A stretch of 63,554 nt of DNA, filler included, from Hausera hauseri (lineage: Eukaryota): NCBI GenBank assembly GCA_046269625.1. It is 11 parts of 11 records of this genome, joined end to end, with 100 filler letters (N's around TTAATTAATTAA, not from the genome) between each part and the next. Parts side by side here need not be neighbours in the genome. Positions count along the whole stretch, not along the records: positions 57,338 to 63,554 come from JBJURY010124540.1; 10 more parts are not named here. One strand, given 5' to 3'. The position numbers and the translations under genes are program-made. Every line of letters starts with the position of its first letter. The stretch's first letter is position 1. The notes under the pieces were generated by a model, which was not told the DNA's origin, searched no databases, and was given only the letters and a program-made list of their open reading frames with translations. Below, in pieces: positions 60,229 through 63,554 of this stretch.

Positions 60229-60780
60229 ATGAAGAAGTACTTTTACCATATGTACAACATGGTTCTGTATTATATAAGCCCTATATGTGAGGTAGTGTGC
60301 CAAACCAATTATGAAGACTTTTACAATGTCTATAAACAGCACTTGATTTCCTTCACCAAGTCGAAAAAACAAATATTCAGTACCAATATGCCAATAACGA
60401 CTTTAAAGGAAAATAGAGGGTGCAGTTCATATATGTATTGCACATGTGTAATACACAGCCTTCAGAATTGCCACAATGCCATGAGGAGCTATTATGGACA
60501 CAAATTTAATAGGATCATCTATTATATCCGCTCAGGATGTGAGGCTGTATGTGATGGAGAATACATACAATTTTATGAATATCACAAACATCATTTGACT
60601 GACTTCGCATCAAAGTCAAAGAAGCTCATCTTTAATGAATATAAGCCAGTTCCAACACAACCTGCGGCATCACGGCTTGTAGTACCACAGCCTGTAGTAC
60701 AACAGTCTGCAATACAGCCAGATGCAGGACTAAAACGCGCATCGGACGTATCAGGAGCATCAGGAGCAGCGGCTGCATAA
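60229..60780 (+). CDS. Hypothetical Polinton ORF with an internally duplicated Tyr/Cys/His domain
   Basis: YFYHMYNMVLYYISPICEVVC..FYNVYKQHLISFTKSKKQIF versus YYGHKFNRIIYYIRSGCEAVC..FYEYHKHHLTDFASKSKKLIF. Confidence 0.6.
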   Translation: MKKYFYHMYNMVLYYISPICEVVCQTNYEDFYNVYKQHLISFTKSKKQIFSTNMPITTLKENRGCSSYMYCTCVIHSLQNCHNAMRSYYGHKFNRIIYYIRSGCEAVCDGEYIQFYEYHKHHLTDFASKSKKLIFNEYKPVPTQPAASRLVVPQPVVQQSAIQPDAGLKRASDVSGASGAAAA

Positions 60781-60838
60781 AAGAGTCAAAGACAGTGGCC
60801 AGTTGATGCTGCAGCAATAAAGAAAAAATGCCGCATAT

Positions 60839-63554
60839 ATGTCATTGATGCAACTGATTAAACAACCATCAATGAGTTCCATGCAGTACACAAAAGAAGA
60901 AACAGAGGGGATTCTCCAGGATAACATAGCTGAGCTCAAGGTCATTAAGGCTAATATGAAACCTCAGGCCACATACGCCAATGTTGATGTCGAAGACTCC
61001 AAAAAGGCCTTCAAGACCAGAAATAGACCCATTTTTGAATCCACCAATATAGTAGAATGGCTGCATGAAGAGCATGCAAAGCTGATCCGTTAAGCCGATA
61101 AGAGTCAGGATAAGAAGAGCGGATGGACTCTGGCAACCATCAAGAGATTGCTTGTGTATGTTCACAAGTACTCTACAATTCAGGGCAGTTCTTATATTCA
61201 GCTTCCGGAATGGATCGCTAATAAATAGCATGTGTCAATGTCCATAATAATGAAAGCATGTGTTTCGTGTATGTAATTCTATCAAAACTCGTGCTTGATC
61301 AACATAATGCTTCACGAGTTTGGCAACATAAGGATGTGCAGCACAACTATGACTTCAAATGTATCACATTCCCTCCATCCTTAGATGAAATTAAGTTCTG
61401 TCGAATCAACATATCAACCAACATCTTTGGATTGGACGAGGAAGATAAATTCTATCCCCTTCAGATTTACGATACTGAATTTGAAGATCATAGGGGTCTG
61501 TTCCTACTAGATGATGGTGAAAATAGGCATTTCATCTGGATAAAGAATTTTGAACGTCTAGTCAGATCCAAAATTACGAAACATAAGGAAAGAATCGAAA
61601 TATGTAAGCGATGCTTTTCCCATTTCAGCAGCAATGAGGCCGTGGGCAAGCTTGCAGAGCATAAAATGTACTGCGGCAACAATTATTGTATCAGGCCAGA
61701 ATTTTCCAAGGAGGACTACATTGAATTCAAGGAGTTCGAGAAGAAGCTCAAGGTCCTAATTATCTTCTATTGTGACTTTGAAGCTATTCTCCGGCCAGTT
61801 CACAGCTGCACTCGCAGTCCTCAACATAGCAGCACAACGGCATACCAATATCATGAATTCTCATCGTATTGCATGTATGCCAAATGACTGGACAGTGAAC
61901 CATTTCTATTCAAGGGTCCAGGTGCAGCAGCACATTTCACGGAGACTTGAAGATATGGCTCATAAGCTTGAAAACATGCTTCAGCAGCACAAGGATAATA
62001 TGAGAATGTCATGGAAACAAGAAGAATGGTGCAAGGCAACAGCATGTTGCTTGTGCGACAAGTCCTTCACCAAGGAAAATTGGAAAGTTAAAGATCACTG
62101 TCATTTTACAAGTGCATATCGAGGGGCAGCATGCAACAACTACAATCTTCGCTGCAAAACATGCACATGTGCCTGCAGTGTTCCATAATCTCAGTGGCTA
62201 TGATTCCCATATCAGACCGAGAATTAGGCAACATTGATGGTAATATAGATTTGATCTCAGTGAGGAAAAATACATTATCTTTACGAAGCATGTTGGGAAA
62301 ATCCGACTTCACTTCATAGAGAGCTTTCATTTCATGTCGTCTTCACTGGACAGTTTAGTGAAGAACCTCCCTGCAGAAGAACTGAAGGAGACGAAGCGAT
62401 TCTTGTTCACTACCTTTGACCTTGTTAGAAGGGAATGCGTTTCCATATGACTAACTTCATGGGAAACACTGGATGAGACCTCCTTAGCAGACAAGAAGGA
62501 CTTTTGCAATATCGTGTCTGATTGTGATATCAGTGCTAACTACCAGCATTCCCAGAACGTCTGGAATGCATTCCAATGCCGAACATTAGGGGAATACAGC
62601 GACATATACCTCAAGACAGACATTCTGCTTCTAACAGATGTCTTTGAGAGTTTCAGGGATGTTAAGATGAAGAGCCATGCATTTGATCCGGCTCATTTCT
62701 TTGCGGCTCCGGTAATGAGTTGGGCAGCAATGCTGCGCTATACTGGTATTAGGCTGCAGATTATTAAGGATTACGATATGATTCTCATGATCGAGAGGCA
62801 TAAGAGGCGGAATATTCCAGGCCATTCACCGGTATAGTGAGGCTAACAACAAGTATATGGCTGAATGCGGCTCAACAAAGGAATCCTCATATCATACCTG
62901 GATGCCAACAACTTGTATGGATGGGCAATGAGCGCCCCATTGCCATATAACTTCAAATGGGTCGAGAATCCTGAAAACATCCCTATATTGGACCTAGATC
63001 CTACTGGAGATACGGGATACATACTGAAGTTGGATATGGAATATCCGGCTTCTATCCACATAATGCATCAACAGCTGCCTTTCCTCCTTGAGAGCAGCCC
63101 TCAGCCCTATGGAAAGCAGAGAAAACTGCTCTGTTATCTGGGTAATAAGGAGAGGTATGTGGTCCAGTACATCAATCTCCAGCAGGCAGTTAGACATAGA
63201 CTTCGTATTACCAAGATCCATACAGCCATCCAGTTCAGCCAGTCCATGTGGCTGCAGTCATACATAGAACTCAATACGAATCTGCGGACTAATGCCAAGA
63301 ATGGCTTTGTGAAAGACCAGTTCAAGCTTTACAACAACTCGGTCTTTGGCAAGACGATGGAAAATATCTGCAACAGGATCAACATTCAACTGGTCTCTGA
63401 GTGGAAGCGGGTAAAGAAACTCATTGACAAGCCTAACTTCCACAGCAGCATCATATATACGAAGAACTTGGTCAGCATCCATATTCTGAAAACAGCATTG
63501 GTATTCAACAAGCCCATATATGTGGTTATGGCAATATTGGATCTATCAAGGCCC
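60839..63554 (+). pseudogene. Protein-primed PolB of a Polinton/adintovirus, disrupted, runs off the window
   Basis: KSGWTL..GSSYIQLP, YCDFEA, DHCHFTSAYRGAACN, YLKTDILLLTDVFE, YLDANNLYGWAM, KLYNNSVFGKTMEN, NKPIY. Confidence 0.93.

Overview
This window is not one locus. It is 11 eukaryotic contigs joined by artificial N-TTAATTAATTAA-N linkers: C1 1-6183, C2 6284-10518, C3 10619-16795, C4 16896-28268, C5 28369-32659, C6 32760-36758, C7 36859-40960, C8 41061-45561, C9 45662-51065, C10 51166-57237, C11 57338-63554. Almost all of it is animal-type mobilome: Ingi/Nimb-like and RTE LINEs, SINEs, Ty3/gypsy and BEL/Pao LTR elements, piggyBac, Tc1, an hAT-derived ORF, and Polinton/adintovirus pieces on several contigs (hexon, penton, core protein, protease, protein-primed PolB, AGTAG termini). 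Four observations stand out. (1) All three gypsy gag genes are preceded by a ubiquitin-like domain ending in LRGG, LLGG or LKGG, which suggests Ubl-Gag polyproteins matured by di-glycine proteases. (2) A ~3.3 kb element encoding a CRESS-type Rep with tiny introns sits inside a gypsy pol, flanked by a >=137 bp duplication. (3) Co-oriented, intronless mosaics of host gene fragments (rotatin, spectrin, PSD/EFA6 Sec7-PH, Ig) lie directly upstream of two of these gags, and a third mosaic (THOC2) occurs in C10. (4) Three Polinton ends share an AGTAG start and a CCCGGG palindrome, two also share a hairpin, and those two abut other Polinton-like DNA. All family assignments come from motif recognition by eye. 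No searches were run, and many boundaries are approximate. Frameshifts could be real decay or sequencing error, and the mosaics could be amplification or assembly chimeras.
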